DNA of 64,000 bases from an uncultured cyanobacterium (GTDB taxonomy: Bacteria > Cyanobacteriota > Cyanobacteriia > Cyanobacteriales > CAWCAG01), in contig CAWDOD010000003.1 of the NCBI GenBank assembly GCA_963803805.1, positions 192,001-256,000 on the forward strand, written 5' to 3'. Made by a program: the position numbers and the translations under genes. Shown piece by piece: positions 19,180-29,393 of this stretch (positions within the stretch are counted from its first letter, which is position 1; every line of letters begins with the position of its first letter). Under the pieces are notes generated by a model that saw nothing but the letters and a program-made list of their open reading frames with translations, ran no database searches and had not been told where the DNA came from.

Positions 19180-22100
19180 ATGTGGGAAATAATTAGAGAA
19201 TTATTTTCGCCAGAGAGATTTATGCCCCATGGTAATTGCTATCTCTGGCAAACTCAATTGGTCTGGCTGCACGTTATTTCTGACAGCTTAATTGCTCTAG
19301 CCTATTATTCCATTCCCGCTATGCTGATCTACTTCGTCCGCAAACGGGAAGATGTACCCTTTCGGGGCATATTTTTCTTATTTGGTGCTTTTATTATCGC
19401 TTGCGGTACAACCCATATCCTAGAAGTATGGACTCTTTGGCATCCCGCTTACTGGCTATCAGGTTTTCTTAAAGCCCTTACAGCTTTCATTTCTTGCTAC
19501 ACAGCTTTAGAGTTGCTCCCTTTAATTCCCCAAGCCCTTGCTTTAACCACTCAGGCTCAACTAGAAGCGATTAACCTCGAATTAGAAGAGCGAGTACAAC
19601 AGCGTACCACAGAATTATACAATTCTCATCAAGAACTAGAGCAAGAAATTGCTGAACGCAAGCAGCAAGAAAAGCGCTTACAGGTTTTAGAAAGGGCTAT
19701 TACGGCTAGCAGTAATGGTATTGTAATCAGCGACGCTACTCAAAAAGACTTACCAATTATTTATCTTAATCCTGCCTTTGAACGCATCACAGGATATTCT
19801 GCCCAGGAAGTTATGGGGAAAAACTGCCGCTTTTTACAAGGAAAAGAAACCGATCAAGAAGCTTTAGAAGCATTACGACTAGCCCTCACTGAAGGCAGAG
19901 AATGTAACGTAGTTCTGCGTAACTATCGCCAAGATGGTAGCTTATTTTGGAATGACCTTTACATTTCTCCGGTTAAAGATCAATCAGGAAAACTCACTCA
20001 TTACATAGGGGTTCAAGCCGATATCACAGAACGTAAACAAGCCCAAGAAGCTTTGCAAGAAAGTGAAGAGAAGTTCCGTCAACTAGCAGAAAACTTAGAA
20101 GAAGTTTTCTGGCTGGTTGATGCTCAAACCAAAGAGATTATTTATGTTAGTCCCAAATGCAATAAAATTTGGGGTTGTAGCTGCAACACTAAACTAACTA
20201 CATCCCAATCTTTTCAAGAATTTATTCACCCTGAAGACAAACAAAGAGTTCAGAGTGCTATTAAATTACACAGTGTAAACGGAGATTATGACCAAGAGTT
20301 TCGCATTGTCCGCCCAGACGGAACAACTTGCTGGATTCATGATCGCGCTTTTCCTGTCAAAAATCAGGCTGGGGAAGTTTATCGCATCGCCGGAATTGCC
20401 GAAGATATTACCACACGGAAGCAATATGAATCTGTCTTAGAACAAGAACGCCAGCAGCTTAGAGAGATTATTACTCAAGCACCAGTAGCAATGGCAATGT
20501 TAGATACTCAAATGCGCTACATAGCTTACAGTAACAAGTTGCTGCAAGATTATAACTTAGGAGATGCAGATCTGCGAGGTCGCAGTCACTATGAAGTTTT
20601 TCCTGATCTTCTTGAAGGTTGGAAAGAAGACTTACAAAAAGTACTCAAAGGAGAGTCCATCTCTTACCCTGAAGATATTTGGCAGCGTGCTGATGGTAGT
20701 GTACTATATCTGCGTTCGGCTCTACATCCTTGGTACACTCCTGACGGTAGCATTGGTGGTGTTGTGATAGTTTCCCACCAAATCAACGAATTGGTAGAAG
20801 CTAGAGAAACTGCTTTAGAAGCCTCGCGAATGAAATCTCAGTTTCTAGCCAATATGAGTCATGAAATCCGTACTCCCATGAATGGGGTTTTGGGAATGAC
20901 AGATTTGTTATTAGAAACTCCCCTGAATGCTCAACAACTTAATTTTGTCCAAACTATTAGCGAAAGTGCTAAAAATCTCCTCTTAATTATTAACGATATT
21001 CTTGACCTTTCCAAGCTAGAAGCAGGGGAAGTGAATATTGAAACTTTTGACTTCAACTTGAGTAACTGTGTAGAAGAAGTAGTAGATTTGTTGGCAGCAG
21101 AAGCTCAAATCAAAGATTTAGGATTATTTACTTTAATTGAAAGTGATGTCTCTTTAGAGTTAAAAGGAGATGGCCGTCGCTTGCGCCAAATTCTTACTAA
21201 CTTAGTAGGTAACGGTATTAAGTTTACCGAAACAGGAGAAGTCATAATTCGCGTTTCTCCTGTGGTAGAAAGTCGCCACAATATTAAACTACGCTTTGAA
21301 GTTAAGGATACAGGTATTGGCATCCCTAAATCTGAGCAAAAGAAACTATTCCAAGCTTTTTCTCAAATTGACATTTCCACAACCCGTACCCACGGTGGTA
21401 CAGGTTTAGGATTAGTAATTTGCAAACAGTTAGTTGAATTGATGGGGGGAGAAATTGGTGTTCAAAGCGAACCAGGTAAAGGTACAACCTTTTGGTTTAC
21501 TGTCCAGTTTACTAAACAAACACCACAAGTTAACTCAAATGCTTTACGGGAACGCCATCTAGATGGTTTAAAACTATTAGTGGTTGATAGCAATACTACT
21601 AGCTATCAAGTAGTTCAGAGTTGTTTGGAGTCCTATAATATTCAAGTTGGAGAAGTTCAAAGTACCCAAGCTGCCATTTCTATACTGCGTCAAGCAGCTT
21701 TAGATAGTAAACCCTATGATGTAGCCCTAGTTGATTTGCAAAGTCCCCAGGTTAATGGAGAAACTCTCGGTCAACTCATTAGGTATGACCCTGTTTTAAA
21801 GAATGTCAAATGGATTGTGATGGTTTCTATCCGTCAGCACGAGGAAGTAAAAAACTTGCTTTGGCAAGGTGCTTCTGACTACCTACTCAAACCAATTAGG
21901 GCTTCTCAATTATTAGATTGTCTTACCAATACTTTCTACCTTAAAAGTAAAAACCCAACTCCGTCTCCTTTTACCTATCGTCACAAACCCCATATTAACC
22001 CTCCCAAAAATCCTCATCTAAAAATTCTCTTAGTTGAAGATACCCCCACTAACCAAAAAGTTTTACTATCTCAATTTGAGATGTTAGGTTATCAAGCTGA

Positions 22101-22848
22101 CTGTGTTGAAGATGGTCAAGCAGCTCTAGAAAGATTATCTGAGCAAAACTACGATCTTGTGTTTATGGATTGTTTAATGCCCATCCTTGATGGTTACAAA
22201 ACAACCCAAGCTATACGGGAAAAAGAAGGTATATCTCGCCATACTACAGTAATTGCTATTACCGCTAATGCCATGAAAGGAGAAAAAGAAAAGTGTTTAA
22301 AGTGGGGAATGGATGATTATATCAGTAAGCCAATTACCTTAGAAATGCTTGCTAGTGTTATTAATCGCTGGTATTCCCATACCATTAACAATAAAGTCTC
22401 CCATAGTTTGGTTTCAAAAGAAACTCATAATTCATCTTCCCAACTAGTTTCTGCTCATCTTAATTTGGGACAAAAAGCTACCAAAACAGCAACAAATACT
22501 CAGGTAATGGTAGATAAACAAACTCCTTTTAATCTGGTTCGTCTTGAAGAAATCTCGCGGGGTAATAAAGACTTCCAAAAAGAGATGATGCAAATTTTCT
22601 TAGAGGATGCCCCAATTTATTTGTACCAAATTAAGCAATCCTTAGAAGAAACTGATCTAGAAAATTTGGCTGTTAATGCCCACCAACTTAAGGGGGCAGC
22701 GGCGATGGTAGCTATAAAAGCAATGCCAGAATTGGCCCTTCAGCTAGAAACAGAGGCCCGCAATCAAGAATTAGAAAAAGCCCCAGAGCTTATTATTCAA
22801 CTAGAGCAAATTTTTGAACAGGTACAGCTCTTTGTAAAAACATTTTGA
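19180..22848 (+). CDS. Hybrid histidine kinase: ETR1-like membrane sensor, LOV, 2 PAS, HisKA/HATPase, 2 REC, HPt
   Basis: [13 protein letters not shown]...[54 protein letters not shown] at 19180 preferred over GTG at 19135. Confidence 0.92.
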   Translation: MWEIIRELFSPERFMPHGNCYLWQTQLVWLHVISDSLIALAYYSIPAMLIYFVRKREDVPFRGIFFLFGAFIIACGTTHILEVWTLWHPAYWLSGFLKALTAFISCYTALELLPLIPQALALTTQAQLEAINLELEERVQQRTTELYNSHQELEQEIAERKQQEKRLQVLERAITASSNGIVISDATQKDLPIIYLNPAFERITGYSAQEVMGKNCRFLQGKETDQEALEALRLALTEGRECNVVLRNYRQDGSLFWNDLYISPVKDQSGKLTHYIGVQADITERKQAQEALQESEEKFRQLAENLEEVFWLVDAQTKEIIYVSPKCNKIWGCSCNTKLTTSQSFQEFIHPEDKQRVQSAIKLHSVNGDYDQEFRIVRPDGTTCWIHDRAFPVKNQAGEVYRIAGIAEDITTRKQYESVLEQERQQLREIITQAPVAMAMLDTQMRYIAYSNKLLQDYNLGDADLRGRSHYEVFPDLLEGWKEDLQKVLKGESISYPEDIWQRADGSVLYLRSALHPWYTPDGSIGGVVIVSHQINELVEARETALEASRMKSQFLANMSHEIRTPMNGVLGMTDLLLETPLNAQQLNFVQTISESAKNLLLIINDILDLSKLEAGEVNIETFDFNLSNCVEEVVDLLAAEAQIKDLGLFTLIESDVSLELKGDGRRLRQILTNLVGNGIKFTETGEVIIRVSPVVESRHNIKLRFEVKDTGIGIPKSEQKKLFQAFSQIDISTTRTHGGTGLGLVICKQLVELMGGEIGVQSEPGKGTTFWFTVQFTKQTPQVNSNALRERHLDGLKLLVVDSNTTSYQVVQSCLESYNIQVGEVQSTQAAISILRQAALDSKPYDVALVDLQSPQVNGETLGQLIRYDPVLKNVKWIVMVSIRQHEEVKNLLWQGASDYLLKPIRASQLLDCLTNTFYLKSKNPTPSPFTYRHKPHINPPKNPHLKILLVEDTPTNQKVLLSQFEMLGYQADCVEDGQAALERLSEQNYDLVFMDCLMPILDGYKTTQAIREKEGISRHTTVIAITANAMKGEKEKCLKWGMDDYISKPITLEMLASVINRWYSHTINNKVSHSLVSKETHNSSSQLVSAHLNLGQKATKTATNTQVMVDKQTPFNLVRLEEISRGNKDFQKEMMQIFLEDAPIYLYQIKQSLEETDLENLAVNAHQLKGAAAMVAIKAMPELALQLETEARNQELEKAPELIIQLEQIFEQVQLFVKTF

Positions 22849-23130
22849 TCCCTCTACTTAAGCCATAATAGTAAGAGAACAATATCCAGTGGGTGCATCT
22901 TCAGCTTGTTTAGATCTTGTGGCCAATTTCGGCTTGATTCAAAGGGATTAATTGTCTAAGAACATCTATTTTAATTAACAGCTATTAATAGCAGATGTAG
23001 ATTAATAAAATTACTATCCCCAAGATGATATTTAATCCGGATAAAGGCTACAGAGAAAGAAAAATATAAGACTTGGATTGTACAGTAGAGACAAACTGCA
23101 ATCTAATTCTCTACCCACCAACTGGTAACT

Positions 23131-24195
23131 ATGTCAAAAATTCTCGTAGTCGAAGACGATCGAGTGACCCGGCTATTCCTCAAAAGAGATTTGGAAAGAG
23201 AAGGATATGATGTCACTGTAGCTGAAAATGGTGCAGAAGGACTCCAATTGGCAAAAAAGTTGCAGCCAGGGGTGATAATTTCTGATTGGATTATGCCCAT
23301 TGTGGATGGTATGGAAGTCTGTCGCCGGGTAAAAGCTGATGAGATTTTGAGAAGTGCTTTTTTTATTTTGCTTACTTCCCAAGAGTCAGTAGATCATCGG
23401 GTACAGGGGTTAGATGCTGGGGCTGATGAGTTTTTGGCTAAACCTATTGATCCTAACGAATTACTGGCCAGGGTTAGGGTAGGATTGCGGCAGTACGAAT
23501 TGATTCAACAACTGAAGCGAACCAACGAACAATTAAACTGCGAAAGAGAAAAGTCTGAGCGTTTATTGCTACATATTTTACCAAAGACTATTGCCGAACA
23601 GTTAAAAGAGTATCAAGGTTCTTTGGCTGAACGCTTCCAGGATTCAACGGTGCTTTTCGCCGATATTGTCGGTTTTACTCCTTTTTCAGCCCAAATTTCC
23701 CCTTTAGAATTAGTTAGCGTACTCAATACAATTTTTTCTCAGTTTGACCAACTTGCAGAAAAACACGGTTTAGAAAAGATTAAAACCATTGGCGATGCTT
23801 ATATGGTAGCAGGAGGATTGCCTGTAGCTAGACCAGATCATGCTCAGGCGATCGCCGCTATGGCTTTAGATATGCAAAAGGCGATCTCGAAAATTCCTAA
23901 CCACAAGCAGGAGAGTTTTACTATTCGTATCGGTATTCATAGTGGTCCAGTAGTAGCGGGAGTAATTGGCGTTACCAAGTTTATTTACGATCTTTGGGGA
24001 GATACAGTTAATGTGGCTTCCCGTATGGAATCTTCAGGGGTTTCTAGCAAAATTCAAGTTACTGAAACGACTTATAATCTCTGCCGCGATCATTATGTGT
24101 TTGAAAAGCGTGGTGAAATTGAGGTTAAAGGTAAAGGCAAGATGACTACTTATTGGTTGATTGGGAAAATAGAGGATGATGAGGAGACAGGGTGA
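23131..24195 (+). CDS. REC-domain class III adenylate cyclase
   Basis: N-terminal receiver (SDWIMP); FADIVGFT, KIKTIGDAYM, YDLWGDTVNVASRMES with adenine-specifying K/D. Confidence 0.93.
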   Translation: MSKILVVEDDRVTRLFLKRDLEREGYDVTVAENGAEGLQLAKKLQPGVIISDWIMPIVDGMEVCRRVKADEILRSAFFILLTSQESVDHRVQGLDAGADEFLAKPIDPNELLARVRVGLRQYELIQQLKRTNEQLNCEREKSERLLLHILPKTIAEQLKEYQGSLAERFQDSTVLFADIVGFTPFSAQISPLELVSVLNTIFSQFDQLAEKHGLEKIKTIGDAYMVAGGLPVARPDHAQAIAAMALDMQKAISKIPNHKQESFTIRIGIHSGPVVAGVIGVTKFIYDLWGDTVNVASRMESSGVSSKIQVTETTYNLCRDHYVFEKRGEIEVKGKGKMTTYWLIGKIEDDEETG

Positions 24196-24331
24196 GTAAT
24201 CATGCTATTACCTACTCCCTACTCCCTTCTTAAGAAAAGAGAGAGCTATCATTGCCCTCTCGTTTTATTTTTAAAGGTATTTCAACAAGGTTTACTATCA
24301 ACATACTCAGTCTATTGATTGAGTATGTCTA

Positions 24332-24592
<261 letters not shown>

Positions 24593-24978
24593 TTACCGAG
24601 TGTTCTCCATTCTTTGACATACCTACACTTCTCTTTCATTCGGAATGCTCCGCGAAGGAGTGAGTGTTGATTTCTCAGGGACTCTTCACATTGAAGACAT
24701 TATCTGAGCTTTTAAGCCCTATGCCCTAGGGACTTTGGAATCAAGTGCTAGTTTACCGCAGTGCTATTAGCTCAATATGGAAAAGGTTATATAACTTTAA
24801 ATTCTATTACTAGTTAGGGCAGGTATTAGGCTATAGGGACTAGGAACTAGTAAATAGAAAAAGGTGTAGGTAAAACCGTATTTTTTCTGGTGGTTTTACC
24901 CAATGTTAGGTTTAGTTTGTCTAGGTCATTATAGGTAATGTAACAACTAAGAGTTAAACAATAAAAAGAGGAATTACT

Positions 24979-25527
24979 ATGACGTTACTTCGTTGGCAAC
25001 CTTTCTCAGAAATAGCTACTTTACAACAGCAACTAGATAGAATATTTGACGATTTTGTTAATATTGATTATCCCCAAGAAAGAAAAAATACTTGGCAACC
25101 AGCCGTGGAATTACAAGAAAACGAAACTAATTTTGTACTTAGAGCCGTTATTCCTGGGGTGGCAGCAGAAGATTTAGATGTTCAAGTTAGTCGCGATCGC
25201 ATCGTTATTAAAGGAGAACATCGTTATGACCAAAAAGAGGCTTTATACAGTGAGTTTCGCTATGGCAGCTTTGAGCGGACTTTAGCTTTGCCAGCTAAGG
25301 TAGAAAATGAGCAAGTTGAAGCTGAGTTTACCAACGGCATTCTTACCCTCACTTTACCTAAATTAGAAGTACCTAAAAATAGCGTCTTTAAAGTAAACCT
25401 AACTGCATCTTCCGGAAAGCTAGAAGCACCTCAAGAGGAAGCCGTTAAGGAAGAAAAGGCTGAGGTAAAAGATGCAGATTCTTTACAAGAAGATGTTTGG
25501 GATTCAGAAGAAGAGTTGGTAGCTTAA
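24979..25527 (+). CDS. Hsp20/alpha-crystallin small heat-shock protein
   Basis: WQPAVELQE, SEFRYGSFER, NGILTLTLPK; acidic C-terminal tail. Confidence 0.93.
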   Translation: MTLLRWQPFSEIATLQQQLDRIFDDFVNIDYPQERKNTWQPAVELQENETNFVLRAVIPGVAAEDLDVQVSRDRIVIKGEHRYDQKEALYSEFRYGSFERTLALPAKVENEQVEAEFTNGILTLTLPKLEVPKNSVFKVNLTASSGKLEAPQEEAVKEEKAEVKDADSLQEDVWDSEEELVA

Positions 25528-25586
25528 GGTTCTATTCAGAAACGAAAAACCCAAGGTATTATTCCAATAATTGCTGAAAAACAAGT

Positions 25587-25617
25587 TACTGCTGAGCATA
25601 ACTCAGCAGTATTTTTT
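25587..25617 (+). terminator. Intrinsic terminator
   Basis: tactgctgag-cataa-ctcagcagta followed by T6. Confidence 0.75.
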
Positions 25618-25739
25618 ATAGTGTTTCTCAGACTTATGAGATACTTATTTTTCCCTTTACCCCAGCCGAGAGAATATCTACCTCAACAAGAGCGAGAATT
25701 GCTATATTAATTATTTCAACCTAAAGCAAATCTGGCTAT

Positions 25740-25955
25740 CTAAGCTAAGCGCCAATCATCACTTGCTGTATTTAATATATTGCTTAAGATCCCATGAGCG
25801 TGTTCTAAAGGAAAATGCCTCGGTTTGCCGTTGATCACAAGCTGATATTCATTACTATATTGTCCGTCGCCATAACCAGAAACTAAGTGCTTCTCAAAGG
25901 CTTGTTCTGCTAGCTGTCTAACTTGCTCTCTTAGGTTTGTTTTTGTAATATTCAT
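25740..25955 (-). CDS. Small hypothetical protein
   Basis: 71 aa ATG ORF; SGYGDG motif. Confidence 0.65.
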   Translation of the reverse strand: MNITKTNLREQVRQLAEQAFEKHLVSGYGDGQYSNEYQLVINGKPRHFPLEHAHGILSNILNTASDDWRLA

Positions 25956-26110
25956 GGTTTATTCACCCTTATTAGTTGGATGTTTCTAAACTTGTCATGA
26001 CAGATGTTTGCGGCGGGACTAGCAACCCGAACAGGACACTTTTCCCAGATGGTGCAGACATTTCCTTTTTATTTTTCCAAAAGTTAGATTTTTTTCTATC
26101 TACCAAAAGT

Positions 26111-26126
26111 TGTATTTTTTGATACA
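26111..26126. promoter_or_regulatory. Candidate NtcA box
   Basis: tGTA-ttttttga-TACa upstream of 25740..25955. Confidence 0.45.
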
Positions 26127-26165
26127 GAAAAATAGTTTGTTTAGCTATAAAGACTTATTTCCTAG

Positions 26166-26399
26166 TTAAGGCAACTTTAGCCAAGCTTGAGTAACTACCT
26201 TACTTAACCAACGACGTTGTACTTGATCGAGGAGGGTATCTTCTTGTAGTACTTCCTCTGTTAACTGATCCAAAGATTTCCCTTGGGAACGAGCAATTTT
26301 AACTACTCCGGCGATCGCTGTAGCTATTAATTCTTCATCAATGGGATTTTGCCGCAGAGCAATAATTTCTTCTGGACTAGCCGGAATGGGATAATTCAT
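26166..26399 (-). CDS. Small conserved cyanobacterial hypothetical protein
   Basis: 77 aa; IAGVVKIARSQGKSLDQL pattern. Confidence 0.75.
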   Translation of the reverse strand: MNYPIPASPEEIIALRQNPIDEELIATAIAGVVKIARSQGKSLDQLTEEVLQEDTLLDQVQRRWLSKVVTQAWLKLP

Positions 26400-26558
26400 T
26401 GTTGAGTCACCTTTACACCCAAAATATTTACAAATATGAGTTTAATGTTAAGTTTCTTAAAGCAATTTTAATTATTTCAGTATTGGGAAGTGTAGCGTAC
26501 TTTGGCTTAAAGTCAACTAGCCATTGCAAGTATTTAATCTTTAATTTATGTACCTAAA

Positions 26559-28553
26559 ATGAAAGAAATTCTTTACATAGAAGTTCCTACTCCAGATATA
26601 GCGGCTGTAAGGTTGTGGTTGCAGGAGAAATGGCAGCCCTCTCAAGGAAAAAAAATCTCAACATCTAATGGCATTCGTTTATATTTTTTTCCTGAATCAG
26701 AACTATCAATTTTTGTTTGGTCTGTACAACGAACTACCTATTTAAAAATGTTTCGTTGGGGACAAACTTCGATTCCTCAAGAACATACAATTTGTCAATC
26801 CTTGATTACGGATTTAAGAACTAGTTTTCCTTGTCAATATCCTGCTCCTCCAGAAATTAATTTAGCAGAGCAATCTATTTTTGAAGCCTTAGCATCCCAC
26901 TATCCCCTAACTGTCAAATTCTTCCAAAAGATTCCCAATGGAGAATCTGATCTGCAACGGGCTTATTGGTGGGAAAAAAGCTGGCGAGAGAATGTCAACA
27001 AGCCCCAAACACCTAAACAAGTTATCTTTCGCACTGCTGATGCTTCTCAATCTACTGTTGCTAACTATGACCTCATTTATATTGGTGGCGCTTTAGGAGT
27101 CATTCACGCCGCAGTTATGGCGCAATTGGGCTATAAAATACTGCTCGTGGAACGGTTGCCTTTTGGCAAAATGAATCGGGAGTGGAATATTTCCCGAAGT
27201 GAGTTTCAAAGTTTAATTAATTTAGGTTTATTTACCCAAGAAGAATTTGCAAGTCTGATTGCCAAAGAATATAAAGACGGTTTTAATAAGTTTTTTGATG
27301 GCAGCCTTCCTCCTCATCTTCAAGCCAAAGTTTTACACACCCCCACCGTTTTAAATATTGCCCTCAACTCAGAGCAACTGCTGTATTTGTGTGGGCAAAA
27401 ACTGCGTCAAGGGGGGGGGGAAATTTGGGACGAAACGGAATTTGTGCGGGCTGAGGTGGGGACAAAACAGGTAAATATTCAACTTACTCACTTACCCACA
27501 CAAAAAGCAAAACAAGCTCAAGGGCGCCTATTAATAGATGCGATGGGCAGTGCTTCTCCTATTGCTTGGCAACTTAATGGTACTCGCGCTTTTGATAGCG
27601 TTTGTCCTACTGTAGGGGCAGTGGTAGAGAGCGGTTTTGCCCCGGAAGTTTGGGATAGTGACTATGGTGATGTTTTGAATTCTCACGGAGATATTTCCAG
27701 GGGAAGACAATTAATTTGGGAGTTATTTCCGGGGGCAAATAACGAACTTACTATCTATCTATTTCATTATCATCAAGTCCATCCTGATAACCCTGGCTCT
27801 TTATTAGAAATGTATGAAGATTTCTTTACAATTCTGCCAGAGTATCGTCGTTGTCATGTGGAGCAGTTGGTTTGGAAAAAGGCGACTTTTGGTTATATTC
27901 CTGGACATTTTAGTTTAGGGAGTCGCGATCGCACTGTTGCCTTTGATCGTCTGTTAGCCATTGGTGATGCGGCTTCTCTTCAGTCTCCTTTAGTGTTTAC
28001 AGGTTTTGGTTCTTTGGTACGTAATTTAGAACGCTTAACAAATTTGCTTCATACTGCTCTACAACACAACTTACTCAGTGCCAAAGATTTGAATCAGATC
28101 CGAGCTTACCAAAGTAATGTTGCTGTTACCTGGCTCTTTTCTAAGGGTATGATGGTTCCCACCGGGAAAAGCTTACCTCCCCAACGCATCAACGGAATGC
28201 TGAATACTTTCTTCGGACTTTTAGCTAACGAACCCCCAGAAGTAGCAGATACTTTCATCAAAGATAAAATCAACTGGTTAACTTTCAACCGTTTAGCCCT
28301 CAAAGCAGCAAAAATGAACCCTAACTTGTTGTGGTGGATTTGGTTACAAGCTGGTACAAAAGATTTATTGCGTTGGTTAGGGACTTATTTATCTTTTACC
28401 ATCGATTCACTAATTAGCTGGCTATTTAAAGGTTGGTTTCCCAGCTTACTTAATCGTTTACAACCTTACCTAGAAAAAAAATATCCTTCCCTTTGGTTGC
28501 GCTTGCTCAGTTTTAACTACAGTTTGACAGCAGTATTGAAAACCAATATCTAA
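26559..28553 (+). CDS. cruA: Flavin-dependent enzyme, probable CruA-type lycopene cyclase
   Basis: DLIYIGGALG FAD site, NREWNISR, GDAASLQSPLVFTGFGSLVR; long N-terminal extension typical of CruA rather than CruP. Confidence 0.7.
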   Translation: MKEILYIEVPTPDIAAVRLWLQEKWQPSQGKKISTSNGIRLYFFPESELSIFVWSVQRTTYLKMFRWGQTSIPQEHTICQSLITDLRTSFPCQYPAPPEINLAEQSIFEALASHYPLTVKFFQKIPNGESDLQRAYWWEKSWRENVNKPQTPKQVIFRTADASQSTVANYDLIYIGGALGVIHAAVMAQLGYKILLVERLPFGKMNREWNISRSEFQSLINLGLFTQEEFASLIAKEYKDGFNKFFDGSLPPHLQAKVLHTPTVLNIALNSEQLLYLCGQKLRQGGGEIWDETEFVRAEVGTKQVNIQLTHLPTQKAKQAQGRLLIDAMGSASPIAWQLNGTRAFDSVCPTVGAVVESGFAPEVWDSDYGDVLNSHGDISRGRQLIWELFPGANNELTIYLFHYHQVHPDNPGSLLEMYEDFFTILPEYRRCHVEQLVWKKATFGYIPGHFSLGSRDRTVAFDRLLAIGDAASLQSPLVFTGFGSLVRNLERLTNLLHTALQHNLLSAKDLNQIRAYQSNVAVTWLFSKGMMVPTGKSLPPQRINGMLNTFFGLLANEPPEVADTFIKDKINWLTFNRLALKAAKMNPNLLWWIWLQAGTKDLLRWLGTYLSFTIDSLISWLFKGWFPSLLNRLQPYLEKKYPSLWLRLLSFNYSLTAVLKTNI

Positions 28554-28910
28554 AAATAAAGCTAGCTTTACCCAGGATGGTTAACCAGGCATCCTGGCCA
28601 AAGCTCTGATTCAAGCTACAATAAAAAGGAAGAATATTCGTAGAGAAGTCAGACTTCGCTTTATAGGTAGCAAATATCGGCTGAAATAGCCTTTCTTGGT
28701 GCGCTACAGCTACCCTAATGCAGTTAAAGATGGGTTTTGGTTAATTTCTAGTGCTGCAAATACCTTGAAGCTAATGCAGATTCAAGTTATGTTGCTGTTT
28801 TGCAAAGGTTATTTGTATTTAGTGAGAAAAAAGTCTAGACCTTACTTGGTCTGAGAAATAACGCTGAGTATAGTTATTTCATTTCACAATAATTAAAGAG
28901 AAAAAGAGCA

Positions 28911-29393
28911 ATGGTTGACCCTATATCGGTAATTGCTGGAGCCATTACTTCTCTAATTCTGCCCAAGGCAGTAGAGAAGGTAGGTGAAAAACTTGGTGAA
29001 GCGACTCTGGAGAAAAGTGGAGCAATAATCCAAGCTGCACGCCAATCTGTTCAAAATAAGCTGGAACAAGTAAATAGCTCAGGACTATTAAAAAGAGCTG
29101 AAAAAAATCCAACAAAGCATAATATTCAAGTCTTGGAAGCGGAAATTATTGGACAAATGGAAGATGACTCAGAATTTGCAGAACAGCTACAAGCTTTAGT
29201 GAATCAAGTACAGGCTCAGTCTTCATCTCTCCAAATGTTTATAAATGGATTACGGGCTAAAAATTTTGAATTAGAAAAACTAAAGCAGGTAAGTGAGAAC
29301 AAAGGAAAGTCTGAACAGATTGTAGGGCAAAACTGGCAAGTCCAGAATCTCAAGATTAGTGATGTATCAATGGAGTCTAGCGATGACAGTTAA
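28911..29393 (+). CDS. Small helical protein (Bell/HeLo-like N-terminus) with a C-terminal two-fold pseudo-repeat
   Basis: MVDPISVIAGAITSLILPKAVEKVGEKLGE leader; tail QMFINGLRAKNFELEKLKQVS / QIVGQNWQVQNLKISDVSMES. Confidence 0.7.
   Translation: MVDPISVIAGAITSLILPKAVEKVGEKLGEATLEKSGAIIQAARQSVQNKLEQVNSSGLLKRAEKNPTKHNIQVLEAEIIGQMEDDSEFAEQLQALVNQVQAQSSSLQMFINGLRAKNFELEKLKQVSENKGKSEQIVGQNWQVQNLKISDVSMESSDDS

Noticed and set aside
27411-27420. G10 tract as a phase-variation switch
   Set aside because: In frame within a conserved carotenoid gene, encoding Gly-Gly-Gly; no evidence of variation from a single sequence
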